This document shows positions 10,979 to 22,090 of a stretch of 64,000 nt of DNA, in pieces. Origin of the DNA: a virus (lineage: Duplodnaviria > Caudoviricetes); IMG/VR virus record IMGVR_UViG_2922696095_000003, positions 6,990 through 70,989 of that record; one strand, written 5' to 3'. A program made the position numbers and the translations under genes. The notes below the pieces were generated by a model that worked only from the letters and a program-made list of their open reading frames with translations, did no database searches and was not told the origin of the DNA. Position 1 is the first letter of the stretch. Each line of letters begins with the position of its first letter.

Positions 10979-11409
10979 GCCTGCAACTTGTTGATGCTGT
11001 TCAGAATGCCTTAAAAGCAGATACAGAGCTTATGACCATGCTAAAGCTTACTCCTTCATCACCCTCTGCGGAGGTCGTTAAGCGATTTACGAAAGGCATG
11101 GAACCTGAGATAACAGTTAGCAAGGATACAGTTCCACATATCTGCCAATATGTCATGCCGGGACGATATGCCACTAATCCATTGGTGTTTGAGGGTAAGT
11201 TCTGCATTGATTTCTACGGCAAAACAGCTTATGAAGCGAAGCTACTGTTCGAACGTTCATTCAAGCTTTTACATGACAGACGATTGATTGCTCAGGGTTT
11301 TGCTTCATACTTGTGTGTTCTGACCTATGATGCAGACTTTGCTACTGGCATCCAAGGAGCCAAAGGTTATAAGGCGATTTATGATGTGGATTATCTTAGA
11401 ATGAATTGA
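10975..11409 (+). CDS. Tail terminator protein
   Basis: Position; AVQNALKAD N-terminal helix typical of this slot. Confidence 0.55.
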   Translation: MSLQLVDAVQNALKADTELMTMLKLTPSSPSAEVVKRFTKGMEPEITVSKDTVPHICQYVMPGRYATNPLVFEGKFCIDFYGKTAYEAKLLFERSFKLLHDRRLIAQGFASYLCVLTYDADFATGIQGAKGYKAIYDVDYLRMN

Positions 11410-11420
11410 GGTGAACTAAA

Positions 11421-11867
11421 ATGGCAGAAGCAGCAGTATGGAAAGCAACGGGAAGATCCGGTGATCACAATGGCGTTAATCACGTTGAATATGAGTTGCT
11501 TGATTCAGCGCAAAAGCGAGTTTCCTTGGCTAAAACAAATGTGTCCAGCATTGAAAAAGATGGGGTTAAAATTGAACCCGATGATCAAGAGACTCTATGG
11601 TTTAGCGAAGTAAACACAACCAAGAAGTACAAATTTAATGTGCTTACTCTTGCTGGTACAACTTATGAGGCCGAATTGAATTGGACTCAACCTAATCCTC
11701 CTAAACCAGAACCTACCGAGTGGGATACGCTGATTGCTGAAAAAATCACGCTTGCTAAAGGATTGGGTATTATGGGTGTCTGGAATCCAAAACAGGGTTA
11801 CAAGCTAACCAAAGAGTACAGTCGAATTTCAGAAATTGATAAGCGTTTATGGGAACTGGTCAAATAA
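11421..11867 (+). CDS. Hypothetical virion-module protein
   Basis: SD gaggtg; followed by hairpin ctggtca...tgaccag and T run. Confidence 0.6.
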   Translation: MAEAAVWKATGRSGDHNGVNHVEYELLDSAQKRVSLAKTNVSSIEKDGVKIEPDDQETLWFSEVNTTKKYKFNVLTLAGTTYEAELNWTQPNPPKPEPTEWDTLIAEKITLAKGLGIMGVWNPKQGYKLTKEYSRISEIDKRLWELVK

Positions 11868-11910
11868 GCTGACCAGTTCTTTTTGTTAACTATGAGGAGG
11901 ATGAAATTTT

Positions 11911-12699
11911 ATGGAACCATTAGTTTTTGATGGAGTCGGCACTATCCAGGTGTACGAGCCGGGAGGAAAGCTTAAATTTTTGGATGATAAAATCACAAAG
12001 GTAACGCTTCAACTCCAATTTGATTGGGACAAAGTCATGGGTGGAGATAGTGGTTATGCATTCCACTACACAGCGAAGGATCTGGCTGACAAAGCCAGTA
12101 TCGAAATTCCCCGTTACTCAGATATTTTGGCTGAATTGTCTCAGGGCGCAGAGTCAGAAAAGGGGGCAGTTACGTTTGATGAGACAGAGCAAGGATTCTT
12201 AGATGTAACGAACGGTTATAAGATCAAAGCTCTTTCGAAATTCGGCGGGACTTTAGTTTCCCTTAGCGAAAAAGTGTACTTGAAAGATATAGATACAGGA
12301 AAACTTACGGAACTAACGCGTGTGGCAACCACACCAACAGCAGAGCAGTACGTTATTTCTGCCGACGGTAAGATCACATCCGACACAGCGAATGACAACA
12401 AGTTGATTATTATTACATTTAAATGGACAAAAGAGAATGGCACACGAAGCGGATTGAGTGGTAAGCGCCGTCCGAAGCCGTTTAAATTTGTTCACCGTTT
12501 CTCATTGACTGATGACCGAAATGGTGGGGAGGTACCCTGCCAATTGACAATTTGGAAAGCGCTCGGCGGAGGTACATTGGACGTATCTCAAGAACGTAAA
12601 AAACCAACTAGTAACTCATTGGCGTTGGAAATCATGGAACCGGACATCACCCCTGATAATCCAGAAGGATATGCTGCTGAATTGATCTTTGGTATCTAA
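11911..12699 (+). CDS. Major tail tube protein
   Basis: Position before chaperone and tape measure; strong SD gaggagg; hairpin at 12714-12740. Confidence 0.7.
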   Translation: MEPLVFDGVGTIQVYEPGGKLKFLDDKITKVTLQLQFDWDKVMGGDSGYAFHYTAKDLADKASIEIPRYSDILAELSQGAESEKGAVTFDETEQGFLDVTNGYKIKALSKFGGTLVSLSEKVYLKDIDTGKLTELTRVATTPTAEQYVISADGKITSDTANDNKLIIITFKWTKENGTRSGLSGKRRPKPFKFVHRFSLTDDRNGGEVPCQLTIWKALGGGTLDVSQERKKPTSNSLALEIMEPDITPDNPEGYAAELIFGI

Positions 12700-12763
12700 A
12701 TGAAAAATAATACAACCCCTTACCATAAAGGTAGGGGGTTACTCACATTGAGGAGGAAATTTA

Positions 12764-13102
12764 ATGAGTACAGACAAACAGTTAGATAAAACACTTAATA
12801 TCGGGACGGAAATACCTCTTGGTGAGGGAATTGTAAAACACGTTAAAATCGGAACTATTGCTCTGATCCGTCAGGTGCGGCAACTTATGAGTGGAAATGA
12901 GTATAAGTTCTCTTTTTCAATTGGACGTGAAAAATGGGATGCCACAGAAGATCGAGCCGAGGTCGATTGGCCTAAAGTTGAGGCATTGCATAAGGAAGCC
13001 TTTAATCTTGTGCTGGTAGAAGGACTGACGGAGGAAGAATACGAGAATGTAGACGAAGAGGGCATTAAGGAGTTGGACGGCCTCTTAGAACGATTTCTAT
13101 AA
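12764..13102 (+). CDS. Tail assembly chaperone (gpG analogue)
   Basis: Between tube and tape measure genes; acidic C-terminus. Confidence 0.7.
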   Translation: MSTDKQLDKTLNIGTEIPLGEGIVKHVKIGTIALIRQVRQLMSGNEYKFSFSIGREKWDATEDRAEVDWPKVEALHKEAFNLVLVEGLTEEEYENVDEEGIKELDGLLERFL

Positions 13103-13388
13103 GGAGTCGTTTCCACCTGATGAAGATTATGAGCCTGACGACGAAGACGACCAAGAGGTTACTGAGGATGATCGGGAAACGGACTGGATAGAACTTTGGG
13201 CTTTATGCGTGAGTAATGGTATTTCTGATTCAGAGTGGCCTAATATGACCATTCCAAAGATTAGAGCGCTCATGAAAGCCAAGAACAGAAACCGGGAATT
13301 TGAAATTATTCTTCACGGTGGCAATGTGGAAAACAAAAAACCGAAGAAGGTCAAGACGTTATCTGATCTTGGTTTCTTCGCCAAGTAA
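13089..13388 (+). CDS. Frameshift extension of tail chaperone (gpT analogue), +1 frame
   Basis: Open frame FYKESFPPDEDYE...DLGFFAK* overlaps chaperone stop; no convincing own start. Confidence 0.6.
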   Translation, partial: NDFYKESFPPDEDYEPDDEDDQEVTEDDRETDWIELWALCVSNGISDSEWPNMTIPKIRALMKAKNRNREFEIILHGGNVENKKPKKVKTLSDLGFFAK

Positions 13389-13477
13389 ATTAAGAGGCAT
13401 CCGCAATCATGCAGGATGCCTCTTTTTCTGTATTCAGGGCAGGAAAAGTTTCCTGAACTCTATGAGAGGTGAGCAAA

Positions 13478-16400
13478 ATGGCAGATTTAAGTAAAGATGT
13501 AGTAGGCGCACGAATAAATCTGGATACCAGCAAGATACTTCCGGCATTCAAGGTTATCGATAATGGAGCAAGAGCCAATGCAGAATCGTTTAAAATACTG
13601 AATGCTGAATTAGATACAAGCGAAAAGAACTATAAGTCTCTCGCCAGTAGCGCGGATAAGTTTGCTCTATCAGCGGAGGAAAGAAGAAAGAAGATCCTTG
13701 CTGAATCCGAAGCGCTTGTTAAGCAGCGCACCGCGCAGGCCGAATTGAATACTGCTCGAAAGAATCAGTTAGATCAGGCCAATAAGATAACTGACGAAAA
13801 GCTAAGAGCGCAGCAGGCTATTGTTAAAAAGCGTGAAGATGCAATTGAGCAGCAGGAACGAGAGCATCTAAAACGAATGGAAGCCCTTCAGAATAAGGCG
13901 ACATCAACCGGACAGAGAGCTGCTAAAGTTTCAGGGGCAGGAACGGATGATAAGACGCGTGAGCGTGTTCTCATGCAAGAACAGGCTATCCGTATGAAGT
14001 TACAGCAAATGGCTGATAAGGAAGCACAGCAAGCAAGGAAGAACGCTCAAGACTATGAGAAGTTCTGGATTAATGCTTTACGGACCAGGGAGCAGAAGGA
14101 GGCACAAGTACGAGAGAAAGTCCTTCAGGAAGAACAGAAAATCAGGCGTTCATTAAGTCAAACCGAAACGCAGATGAAGCAAACCTTTAACATTACGCCA
14201 AGTTGGATAGGCAAGCTTGGGGATATGGCTACCCATGCCGCTGTATTCCACACGGCATATGCAGCTATGCATAAGGTTCAGGAAGCCTTAAGAGAGGGCA
14301 TAGTCGGTATTGAATCTAATATGGCAGGCTACGTGCAGACGAATGAGCATTATTTCCTTGAGTACAACGAGGGTACTAAGGAAATGGTGATGAACACTGA
14401 GAAGTTGCACGACGAGACAACCAAGTTTATCCGGACGGCTCATGATCTTGGTTCAGAAATCATGGATGTTACCGAATCAGCACGTCTGTGGGGCCGGATG
14501 TATAAGGATGCAGGCGTTGTTCAGGAGATGGTACGCAAGTCAACAATGCTCAGTACCGTTGACCTTGTATCCTTGGAAGATGCGACGAAATCTATGGAGT
14601 CTACCTTTGCTCAGTACGGTGTACAAATCAAGGACAGCAATGACGCTATGGTGCTTGGTGGGCGCGTACTGGATTCTTGGTCCAAGGTTGCCCATGACAC
14701 GATGGCCCCGGCTAGAGACTTGGGAGCTGCCTTTGAACGAACAGGTAAGATAGCGGCGGAAACTGGCGTTTCATTTGACTTTATGAATGGCTTGATTTCG
14801 GCAGGTATACGTAACACGGCGCTGAGTGGGGAAAACCTGGGTAACATGTGGAAAACAGTCTTGGGTACGATCCGTACAGATAAAGCTGTTGCAGAGATTG
14901 AGAGATTAGGAGTTCATACAAAAGAAGTTGTAAATGGTACAGAACAGTGGAAAAAGGCAGAAGATATCCTGTTAGAGTTATCGACCAAAGTAATCGACAA
15001 AAACTATGACCTTACGAAATCCTACGCGGATATTTCCCGCGGTGTTTACCAGTACGCTAAATTGGCTGCTTCCTTAAACGCAGGGGATATCTTGCTGGGT
15101 ACAGCAGCGTCTATCGGTTCCACCGGATCAACAATGGAGTACTTGAAAGTTCAGATGGATACCATTCAGCGTAAAGCAGCTCAGACCAAAGCTTCTTTGC
15201 TTGAGATATTTAACAATGCAGGCGACGATGGCTTGAGAAGAACAATCAAGGATGTATTGGATGCAATTGACCAACTACTTATTGGGCTTACAAAAGTTCC
15301 TTCCGGCGTGTTTGAGGGAACGGCAGCAATCGGTGGTCTACTGCTTGCCTATAAAGCTCTGAGCGGCCCGATCATGAATGTAATTGCTGCTGTAAAAGTA
15401 TTGACGGCTGCAAAGGCTGCGGAAACTGCCGCTATTGGCGCTAATACGGTAGCTAACAACGTTAATATCGTTTCCTCGCAAGGAGCAACTCTTTCAACAG
15501 TTCAGAGAGTTGCCGCTACCGAAGGAGCTACAGTAGCACAAGGAGCTTTAACGGTAGCAACCGAGGGAGCTACAGTTGCTACGAAATCATTGTCTGTCGC
15601 TCAAGCCACAGCGACTGTGACAACAGCAGCCGCTACAGCAGGATTAAGTTTACTTGTTGGTGCAATTGCTCTGGTTGCAATGAATAGCGGTAAAGAAGAA
15701 AAGGCTGCTCGTGATCGAATCCAGAACTTAAAAGATGAAGATTCGGCATCTCAACAAATGGTTAGCCAATATCAAAGACAGATTGAATTAGTACCTAAAT
15801 TGGCTAATGCGCATCGTTCTCTTGAACAGTCACTTAAACTAAGTACTGGCTCGGCAGAAAAGGAAACCCAAGTAAAAAAACAACTCGAAGAGATTTCGAA
15901 AGCGCTGGTCATTACTCTTGGAAAAGAAGGGGCCAAGCAACTTGAAGCTGCTGGTTATACGGATGAGGCTGTACAGGTGCAAGTTGCTGCTTTGAATAAA
16001 CTCATTGAGAAACAAAATGAAGCCCGAAAAAATGTATTGAAAGATCAACAATCGCAATTAATCGAACAACAAAAGCAAAAAATAAATGAGATTACAGAAG
16101 CCACCAAAGAACTAGAACGAGTGAAGAGAGTCATCAATAATGATCTTGTGAATTGGGCTGGTGTAGGAGAATTCAAGGAAGATGCAGCAAGTCTTGAAGA
16201 AAAAATCAAATCGTTAGAACAAGAAAACAATAAGCTTACTTTGTCTATAACGGAGGTAGGTGTGGCTTTAGGTCAGACAGCTGTTGAAACTGACCAATTC
16301 GCGGGGAAAGCCGGAACAGCAGCCGAGAGTGTTAGAGCTCAGGAAGAAGCTCTTGCTGATTTAAGAGAACAGATTGAGGGTAACGCCAAGTCTGTTTCAG

Positions 16401-18862
16401 ATATGAATACACTTTTGAGTGAGTTGACGAGTGGACAATCTCTAAATGCGTCAGAAGTTGCTGATTTAATATTGAAATATCCAGACCTTGAAGCGAAGAT
16501 TTACAAGACAGCCGATGGATGGAAATTCGAAACCGAAGTGGTAGAAAAAGCTCGTCAAGCAAAAGTTGATAAAGCAATTTCTGATATCAATGCAGAAAAA
16601 ACATCGACTTTTAACACGAAAATAGCTTCTGACGAGAGGTTGAAAATTTATGGAATTGAAGCCCAGGCTATTAAAGACTTGGCGCAACTAAAGGCCAATC
16701 TAAATGGCGTGATGGTTCGAAGTTCTCTTGAAGCAGTGAAGGTGCAGAAAGAATTAAATAATATGACAGGAGTTAAGTCATTTCTAAATACTCCATTTCA
16801 AAATCAACTTAATACAGACAAGGAAAAAATAAAAATATATGACGAGTACGAAAAGGAGATGCATGCTTATGATCAAAAAATTAATGCTCTAACCAAACTT
16901 TATAAAGACCCTAAATTTGGCGCGGGTTCTAGCTCTAAAAAAGAGAAGGGAAGTGGGAGGAAAAAAGGTAAGAGTGATGCGGAGAAAGCTGCTGAAAAAG
17001 CAGCGAAGGAAGCTTCTGAAGCCCGTAAGGATGCTTACTCTGACGACTTAGATAATTTCAAGTATATCGCTGAACGAAATGAATGGTCTGTAGACCAGCA
17101 GATTGCAGGATACAAACGATTGGCTCAACGACATAAGCAGTATCTATCTGAAGATAAGGATGCAATGAAGCAATGGAGCCGCGATGTTCAGAAACTGAAT
17201 GATTCCAGATTTCAAGAAGACGTTGAGAATCTTGAGCGAAGAACCGAGCGCATGCGGCAGGCCAATAAACAGGAAATTGAGATGGTTAAAACTAGCCTGG
17301 ATTTCTACAAGAAGGAGCAAAATAAAAATTATCTGCTTCCTGCTAACCGTAGAGAGATCGCCAAACAAATCTATGATTTAACCGTCAAATACAACGAGCT
17401 TCGATATCAAAATTCAGAAAAATGGATTGATAAAGAGACTTCTAAAATGGAAATGGCGGGACAAAGCCAGATTGCTATGCTGAAAATGGAATATGACGCT
17501 TATATGCGTATGAGTAAGGCAAAGGATCGTACCGCCGAACAAAGTTTTGAGTTGCAGCAAAAGATTTATGAGAAACGTAAAGCTCTGGAAGATGAGTTCC
17601 TATCCGACTTCCAAAAAAGAATCAATTACCAGAAGAGTATGGAAGCCATATCTGTTTCCGATCAGCTTAATGCATGGACGAAAATGCAGGCTCTTTACAA
17701 AGAAGGATCGGATCAGCGAATGGAAATTGATGTACAGGTCCATGACTTGAAGAAGCAACTCATAGAGGATCAAAAGAAGGTTGCTGCCGAAGCGGCTAAA
17801 AAGGAGAAGGAAGCACTTGAAAAGACTCGAGATGAGGAAGTAAAGCGTATTGAGGCGGAACGTGATGCTTTTATCGAAGCTCAGGACGCTAAAATTAAGG
17901 CCATAGACGACTTGCTTGCCAAGATGCAGACAGCTAATGAAGACGAGGACTATGATCGTGCTATGGCTGAAAAACAAGCACGCCTTGCCTTGCTACAGTC
18001 TGCTGCCGGTCCCGAAGGTATTGCCGAACGAAAGCAGACTGAAAAAGATATTGAAGACATACAGCGGGAACATAACCGAACGCTTGCTAAGCGTGGATTG
18101 GAGGATCAGAAGAAGAAGCTTCAAGACGAGAAGACTGAGCGGGAAAAGGATTACAATGACCAGATTGAAGCTGCCAAACAGCATTATGATCAGCTTGCTG
18201 AGAAATATGATGAGTATTCAGACGGAGTTGAATCCAAAGCCGAAGACTTGAAAAACACGCAAATCAGCAAAGAATCTGAGAAGAACGCGGAGATTTTGCG
18301 TCAGTTAGATCAGTTTATTGCTGACTATCAGATGAAAATGGCTGAAATTAATGCAACCTCGTTGTCTGCTTCTTTAGATACAGGTTCCTCAATCTCTGAA
18401 AAAGACAGTGACTTGGCGCGATATAATTCCAATATTGATAAATGGTACTCGGCAGGCACTGCTGAGAAGGGCAAGCTGCACGAAGAAAATGCTGCTCTGC
18501 GGAATAAGTATGGCATTAAGAAGGATACAGGCAAGCTTCAAAAATTCCATTCTGGCGGGATCGTTCAGGGGGATCGAGGTGCAGAGGTTCCGGTAATTGC
18601 AAAGGCTGGTGAAATGTATCTGAACGATCAACAGCAAAGTAACCTGTTTAACCTCATTAGTTTCAAAATGCCAAGGCTTGATTTCTCTATGCCGAATTTC
18701 TCCATGGCTTCGGGGGAGGGGACAAATCCGCAGTATAACAACAATTACTACACAGTAACTTCAGGAGATACTTATATTGAAGATGAGTCCGCAGCAAAGG
18801 TGTTTTGGACCGAACGAGATAACCTGGTGCGGAGGTTGCAAGCGAGGGGAGGAAAATCCTAA
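13478..18862 (+). CDS. Tape measure protein
   Basis: ~1790 aa helical Ala/Lys/Glu-rich; TP901-like core; C-terminal FHSGGIV motif. Confidence 0.93.
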   Translation: MADLSKDVVGARINLDTSKILPAFKVIDNGARANAESFKILNAELDTSEKNYKSLASSADKFALSAEERRKKILAESEALVKQRTAQAELNTARKNQLDQANKITDEKLRAQQAIVKKREDAIEQQEREHLKRMEALQNKATSTGQRAAKVSGAGTDDKTRERVLMQEQAIRMKLQQMADKEAQQARKNAQDYEKFWINALRTREQKEAQVREKVLQEEQKIRRSLSQTETQMKQTFNITPSWIGKLGDMATHAAVFHTAYAAMHKVQEALREGIVGIESNMAGYVQTNEHYFLEYNEGTKEMVMNTEKLHDETTKFIRTAHDLGSEIMDVTESARLWGRMYKDAGVVQEMVRKSTMLSTVDLVSLEDATKSMESTFAQYGVQIKDSNDAMVLGGRVLDSWSKVAHDTMAPARDLGAAFERTGKIAAETGVSFDFMNGLISAGIRNTALSGENLGNMWKTVLGTIRTDKAVAEIERLGVHTKEVVNGTEQWKKAEDILLELSTKVIDKNYDLTKSYADISRGVYQYAKLAASLNAGDILLGTAASIGSTGSTMEYLKVQMDTIQRKAAQTKASLLEIFNNAGDDGLRRTIKDVLDAIDQLLIGLTKVPSGVFEGTAAIGGLLLAYKALSGPIMNVIAAVKVLTAAKAAETAAIGANTVANNVNIVSSQGATLSTVQRVAATEGATVAQGALTVATEGATVATKSLSVAQATATVTTAAATAGLSLLVGAIALVAMNSGKEEKAARDRIQNLKDEDSASQQMVSQYQRQIELVPKLANAHRSLEQSLKLSTGSAEKETQVKKQLEEISKALVITLGKEGAKQLEAAGYTDEAVQVQVAALNKLIEKQNEARKNVLKDQQSQLIEQQKQKINEITEATKELERVKRVINNDLVNWAGVGEFKEDAASLEEKIKSLEQENNKLTLSITEVGVALGQTAVETDQFAGKAGTAAESVRAQEEALADLREQIEGNAKSVSDMNTLLSELTSGQSLNASEVADLILKYPDLEAKIYKTADGWKFETEVVEKARQAKVDKAISDINAEKTSTFNTKIASDERLKIYGIEAQAIKDLAQLKANLNGVMVRSSLEAVKVQKELNNMTGVKSFLNTPFQNQLNTDKEKIKIYDEYEKEMHAYDQKINALTKLYKDPKFGAGSSSKKEKGSGRKKGKSDAEKAAEKAAKEASEARKDAYSDDLDNFKYIAERNEWSVDQQIAGYKRLAQRHKQYLSEDKDAMKQWSRDVQKLNDSRFQEDVENLERRTERMRQANKQEIEMVKTSLDFYKKEQNKNYLLPANRREIAKQIYDLTVKYNELRYQNSEKWIDKETSKMEMAGQSQIAMLKMEYDAYMRMSKAKDRTAEQSFELQQKIYEKRKALEDEFLSDFQKRINYQKSMEAISVSDQLNAWTKMQALYKEGSDQRMEIDVQVHDLKKQLIEDQKKVAAEAAKKEKEALEKTRDEEVKRIEAERDAFIEAQDAKIKAIDDLLAKMQTANEDEDYDRAMAEKQARLALLQSAAGPEGIAERKQTEKDIEDIQREHNRTLAKRGLEDQKKKLQDEKTEREKDYNDQIEAAKQHYDQLAEKYDEYSDGVESKAEDLKNTQISKESEKNAEILRQLDQFIADYQMKMAEINATSLSASLDTGSSISEKDSDLARYNSNIDKWYSAGTAEKGKLHEENAALRNKYGIKKDTGKLQKFHSGGIVQGDRGAEVPVIAKAGEMYLNDQQQSNLFNLISFKMPRLDFSMPNFSMASGEGTNPQYNNNYYTVTSGDTYIEDESAAKVFWTERDNLVRRLQARGGKS

Positions 18863-19417
18863 ATGATTGATGCTACTGTCGATGGCAAGTCCTTTAAATC
18901 CATTGGATTAGGGCTTAAAACTCACAATATACCTGTGTTACCGCCAACAAAGGACCATTCTCTTGAAATAGCCGAGAGGGATGGGGAATTAGACTTTGGC
19001 AGTACTTACGGAGCGAGGACAATCAATCTCGAATGCGTCCTAATGGCTGATGATACAACCCTTGATTACCATAGGAGAGTCGCCCAAGTGGCGGCTCTTT
19101 TTAATGCCAAAAAAGGGGATATCGTATTCACGTTTTCGGACTTACCAGGAAGGCGATATATTGGACGCTATGCCGGAACATTGGATATCGAAAAAATACT
19201 TTGGGACGGAGAGTTAACTATACCAATCAAAATGGGTGAACATCCGTTTCCCGAGAGTGACGAGAACATTAGAGAGATAATCATTACGCAGTCGCCGCAG
19301 ACCGTTTCAGTTACATCAGTTGGCGACGAAAGGGCAAGTCCTGTTATTGTCCTGACCAACATCGGTAATAACGACATACGGAATTTCCGAATTGCGAATG
19401 AGTACCAAGTAGAATAG
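18863..19417 (+). CDS. Distal tail protein (Dit)
   Basis: Directly after tape measure; EIAERDG...YGARTINLEC motif. Confidence 0.8.
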   Translation: MIDATVDGKSFKSIGLGLKTHNIPVLPPTKDHSLEIAERDGELDFGSTYGARTINLECVLMADDTTLDYHRRVAQVAALFNAKKGDIVFTFSDLPGRRYIGRYAGTLDIEKILWDGELTIPIKMGEHPFPESDENIREIIITQSPQTVSVTSVGDERASPVIVLTNIGNNDIRNFRIANEYQVE

Positions 19418-19429
19418 GAGGTTTTTATA

Positions 19430-19840
19430 TTGGCAGACATATTACTAAGTAAGTCGAACTGGTGGAAAACAGCCTGTATTAATGCAGCTTTACGGGGGGT
19501 GAATCTTACATCGCCGCAGACGCTGTATATTGCTCTGTATACCAGTAATCCAACAGATGCAGATACAGGTCAGGAAGTAAGTGGAGGGGGCTATGTACGG
19601 CGTGCTGTGACGTTTTCCGAGCCTGTTATTGAAGACCGTAGAGCAGTTACGTTCAGTGTAGGCGATGTACCTTTCCCAATTGCTGGAGCAGATTGGGGCT
19701 TGGTAACTCATATCGGCATCCGCACAGCGGCAACCGGGGGCAATCTTGTGTATCACGGCGCAGTCAAAACACCGCGCACGGTGCAGACCAATGATACTGT
19801 GCGCTTTTTGGCTGGGCAAATAAAAGTGAACGAAGGGTAG
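19430..19840 (+). CDS. Tail/baseplate protein
   Basis: LYIALYTSNPTD, EVSGGGYVR, WGLVTHIGIRTAATGGNL motifs. Confidence 0.7.
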   Translation: MADILLSKSNWWKTACINAALRGVNLTSPQTLYIALYTSNPTDADTGQEVSGGGYVRRAVTFSEPVIEDRRAVTFSVGDVPFPIAGADWGLVTHIGIRTAATGGNLVYHGAVKTPRTVQTNDTVRFLAGQIKVNEG

Positions 19841-19849
19841 GTGTAAAGC

Positions 19850-22075
19850 ATGGAAAAAATGTATCCACCAGTGGTGAACTCTCCTAAAACAGAGTTGACC
19901 GAATTGATTACGGACACACAAACGGAAATTACCGTGGCTAACGCGTCCGTACTGCTTCAAGGCGAGGGTATTGCTGTTTTGGGCAATGGAGATGCAGCAG
20001 AGACGATTACGTATACAAGTCTGGAAGATAACGTGCTAAAAGGCTGTGTACGCGGTTTTGAAGGTGTTGCCCGTGCGTGGCCTACTGGTACACGAATCGC
20101 CCGTAACTTCACGGCAGCGGACTGGAGAGCAGTTATAAACAATATCCAAGCTTTGCATGAGGAATCAAGCTCGGAATCTCGTAAACCCATTACATTACAA
20201 CCAGGTGTACAAATCGTAAAAATAGAAAAACAGACTGTATTTAATTTAGCTGGACTGACAGGTAAAACGGTAATCGACTATGACGGTCAAAAAGGTGTAT
20301 TTGGTGTCCGTAACCCTTATGTAATTCGGTATGGAGAAAATTTAATACCAAGCTTTTTTGAGTGGGTACAGACAAGCGGTGGGATCGTAACCATCCAAGG
20401 GGCATACAAAGCCACAGCTAGCCGTAATACGGCGGATATTATTGCCCCGCTAAAAGTCGTTGTGCCTGTGCTGCCTAACACAACTTATACCATGTCAAGC
20501 GTGGGCGATGGTCTACAATACATCGAGAGACGGGACTCAAACGATTCAGACCCGAGCGGAGAAGTTGCGACAGGAGTGGTTGTGGTAGGAACCAAAACAT
20601 TCACCACGTCCGCGCAAACTCATTATCTTTCAATCCGACTTAGATATGACAAAGCCGGTACATTCACACATGAAAACCCGATGCTTAATATCGGCAGCAC
20701 AACCAAGCCCTTCAAGCCGCGTGAAGACTCCATGCTTGCGATACAAACGGATTTGTACGCGGACCCAGTTACAGGGGCGAATGCAGACGTAGTATTCGAA
20801 CGTGATGGTCAGTATTTCAAGTCCAAGAAATGGCAAGGTGTAGTGTTAGACGGTAGTTTGCCGTGGGTATACTTCGACACAGCAGCGGGGTATAAAGTTG
20901 TAAGGCTTCCTATAATTGACAGTCTATCAAACAGTGAGAGAGTAACAAAGTTTGACGGGAAACTTATCCAGCGCGCTTTTCCTGTTAGCGGGGCAGATCA
21001 ATCATACCTGAGCGCTTCGTCTAACGTTCTTGGCTTGACTATCTCTGTAGCGGACAGTGGATGGGGTGACGGTTACATGCCGACAGTAGACGACATCAAA
21101 GCCTACTTTTTTGGCTACAAAGCTTACGACGCTAACACCATTACTCCTGCCACCGCTCAAGCAGCCACAACGGCGACATGGACAGGTACGGGAACTAAGT
21201 ATTGGGTGCAACGAGTTGGCGCGGCTAATTTTACACAATCCGCACCGCAAACATCCTATGTAGGGTACACGCCTTATAAACTCGTATACCAACTTGCAAC
21301 GCCTACAGTCGAACCTATTGTTTCTGAGGGGCAACTAACCTTTATCGAGGGCGACAATCAGGTTGAAGTAGGCACAGGGATTGTGTTACGCGAAGGTGTC
21401 AAGGCTGCGAGATACGAAGATAATATGTGGATCAACGGAGCAATTGGTGGGTCAACACCACTAAAAAAACGTCCCAAGTCCTTTCTCGCATTTTATAAAG
21501 ATGGAAAAAGGGATAATTGGAAAGTGCGGGATCACTCAAGCGCGCCAAACATCGAAACATATGGATTAGTGCAAGCGAGCACACCTTTATCAAACTTTAG
21601 CGATGCGTCTTCATATTCTGTGACATACATGGAAATGGTGTATTCGCCCACTGTGCCGTTTACAGGCTCTTACGCAGCCAACGAAAAGTCGCTGCTGTCT
21701 GACTTGGTGGAAAGCGTACAGCAGAACACGGCGCGCCTATCCGTGGTAGAGAATAAGAAAGCGGAGAAGGATGTACCTGCTTGGATTAGTCCATCTATAT
21801 TATTTAATGGCTGGGTGAGCATGGGTGTACTGGGCTATCGAAAAATAGATAACAAGGTACAGCTCAAAGCTCGAATAAAAAGCGGGGTTATAGGGCAACC
21901 GTTTATGGCCCTGCCAGAAGGATATAGGCCGCTTGTAGGTCAGATACGGCCTGTACATTCTTACGGGACTTCGGATGTTTTCGCTTCCGTGTTAATTAAT
22001 GCAGATGGTAAACTAATCGTATCAGGAGGAAGTAATAGCGAGGTAAATATTTACTTGGAGTTCACCACTGATTAA
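19850..22075 (+). CDS. Tail fibre / receptor-binding protein
   Basis: 741 aa beta-rich; C-terminal LFNGW...LPEGYRP fibre motif. Confidence 0.7.
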   Translation: MEKMYPPVVNSPKTELTELITDTQTEITVANASVLLQGEGIAVLGNGDAAETITYTSLEDNVLKGCVRGFEGVARAWPTGTRIARNFTAADWRAVINNIQALHEESSSESRKPITLQPGVQIVKIEKQTVFNLAGLTGKTVIDYDGQKGVFGVRNPYVIRYGENLIPSFFEWVQTSGGIVTIQGAYKATASRNTADIIAPLKVVVPVLPNTTYTMSSVGDGLQYIERRDSNDSDPSGEVATGVVVVGTKTFTTSAQTHYLSIRLRYDKAGTFTHENPMLNIGSTTKPFKPREDSMLAIQTDLYADPVTGANADVVFERDGQYFKSKKWQGVVLDGSLPWVYFDTAAGYKVVRLPIIDSLSNSERVTKFDGKLIQRAFPVSGADQSYLSASSNVLGLTISVADSGWGDGYMPTVDDIKAYFFGYKAYDANTITPATAQAATTATWTGTGTKYWVQRVGAANFTQSAPQTSYVGYTPYKLVYQLATPTVEPIVSEGQLTFIEGDNQVEVGTGIVLREGVKAARYEDNMWINGAIGGSTPLKKRPKSFLAFYKDGKRDNWKVRDHSSAPNIETYGLVQASTPLSNFSDASSYSVTYMEMVYSPTVPFTGSYAANEKSLLSDLVESVQQNTARLSVVENKKAEKDVPAWISPSILFNGWVSMGVLGYRKIDNKVQLKARIKSGVIGQPFMALPEGYRPLVGQIRPVHSYGTSDVFASVLINADGKLIVSGGSNSEVNIYLEFTTD

Positions 22076-22090
22076 AGGAGGAAAGCGTAT

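Noticed and set aside
13300-13494. 64-aa ORF from the track as the chaperone extension
   Set aside because: Different frame from the acidic extension conserved in prophage 2; no SD
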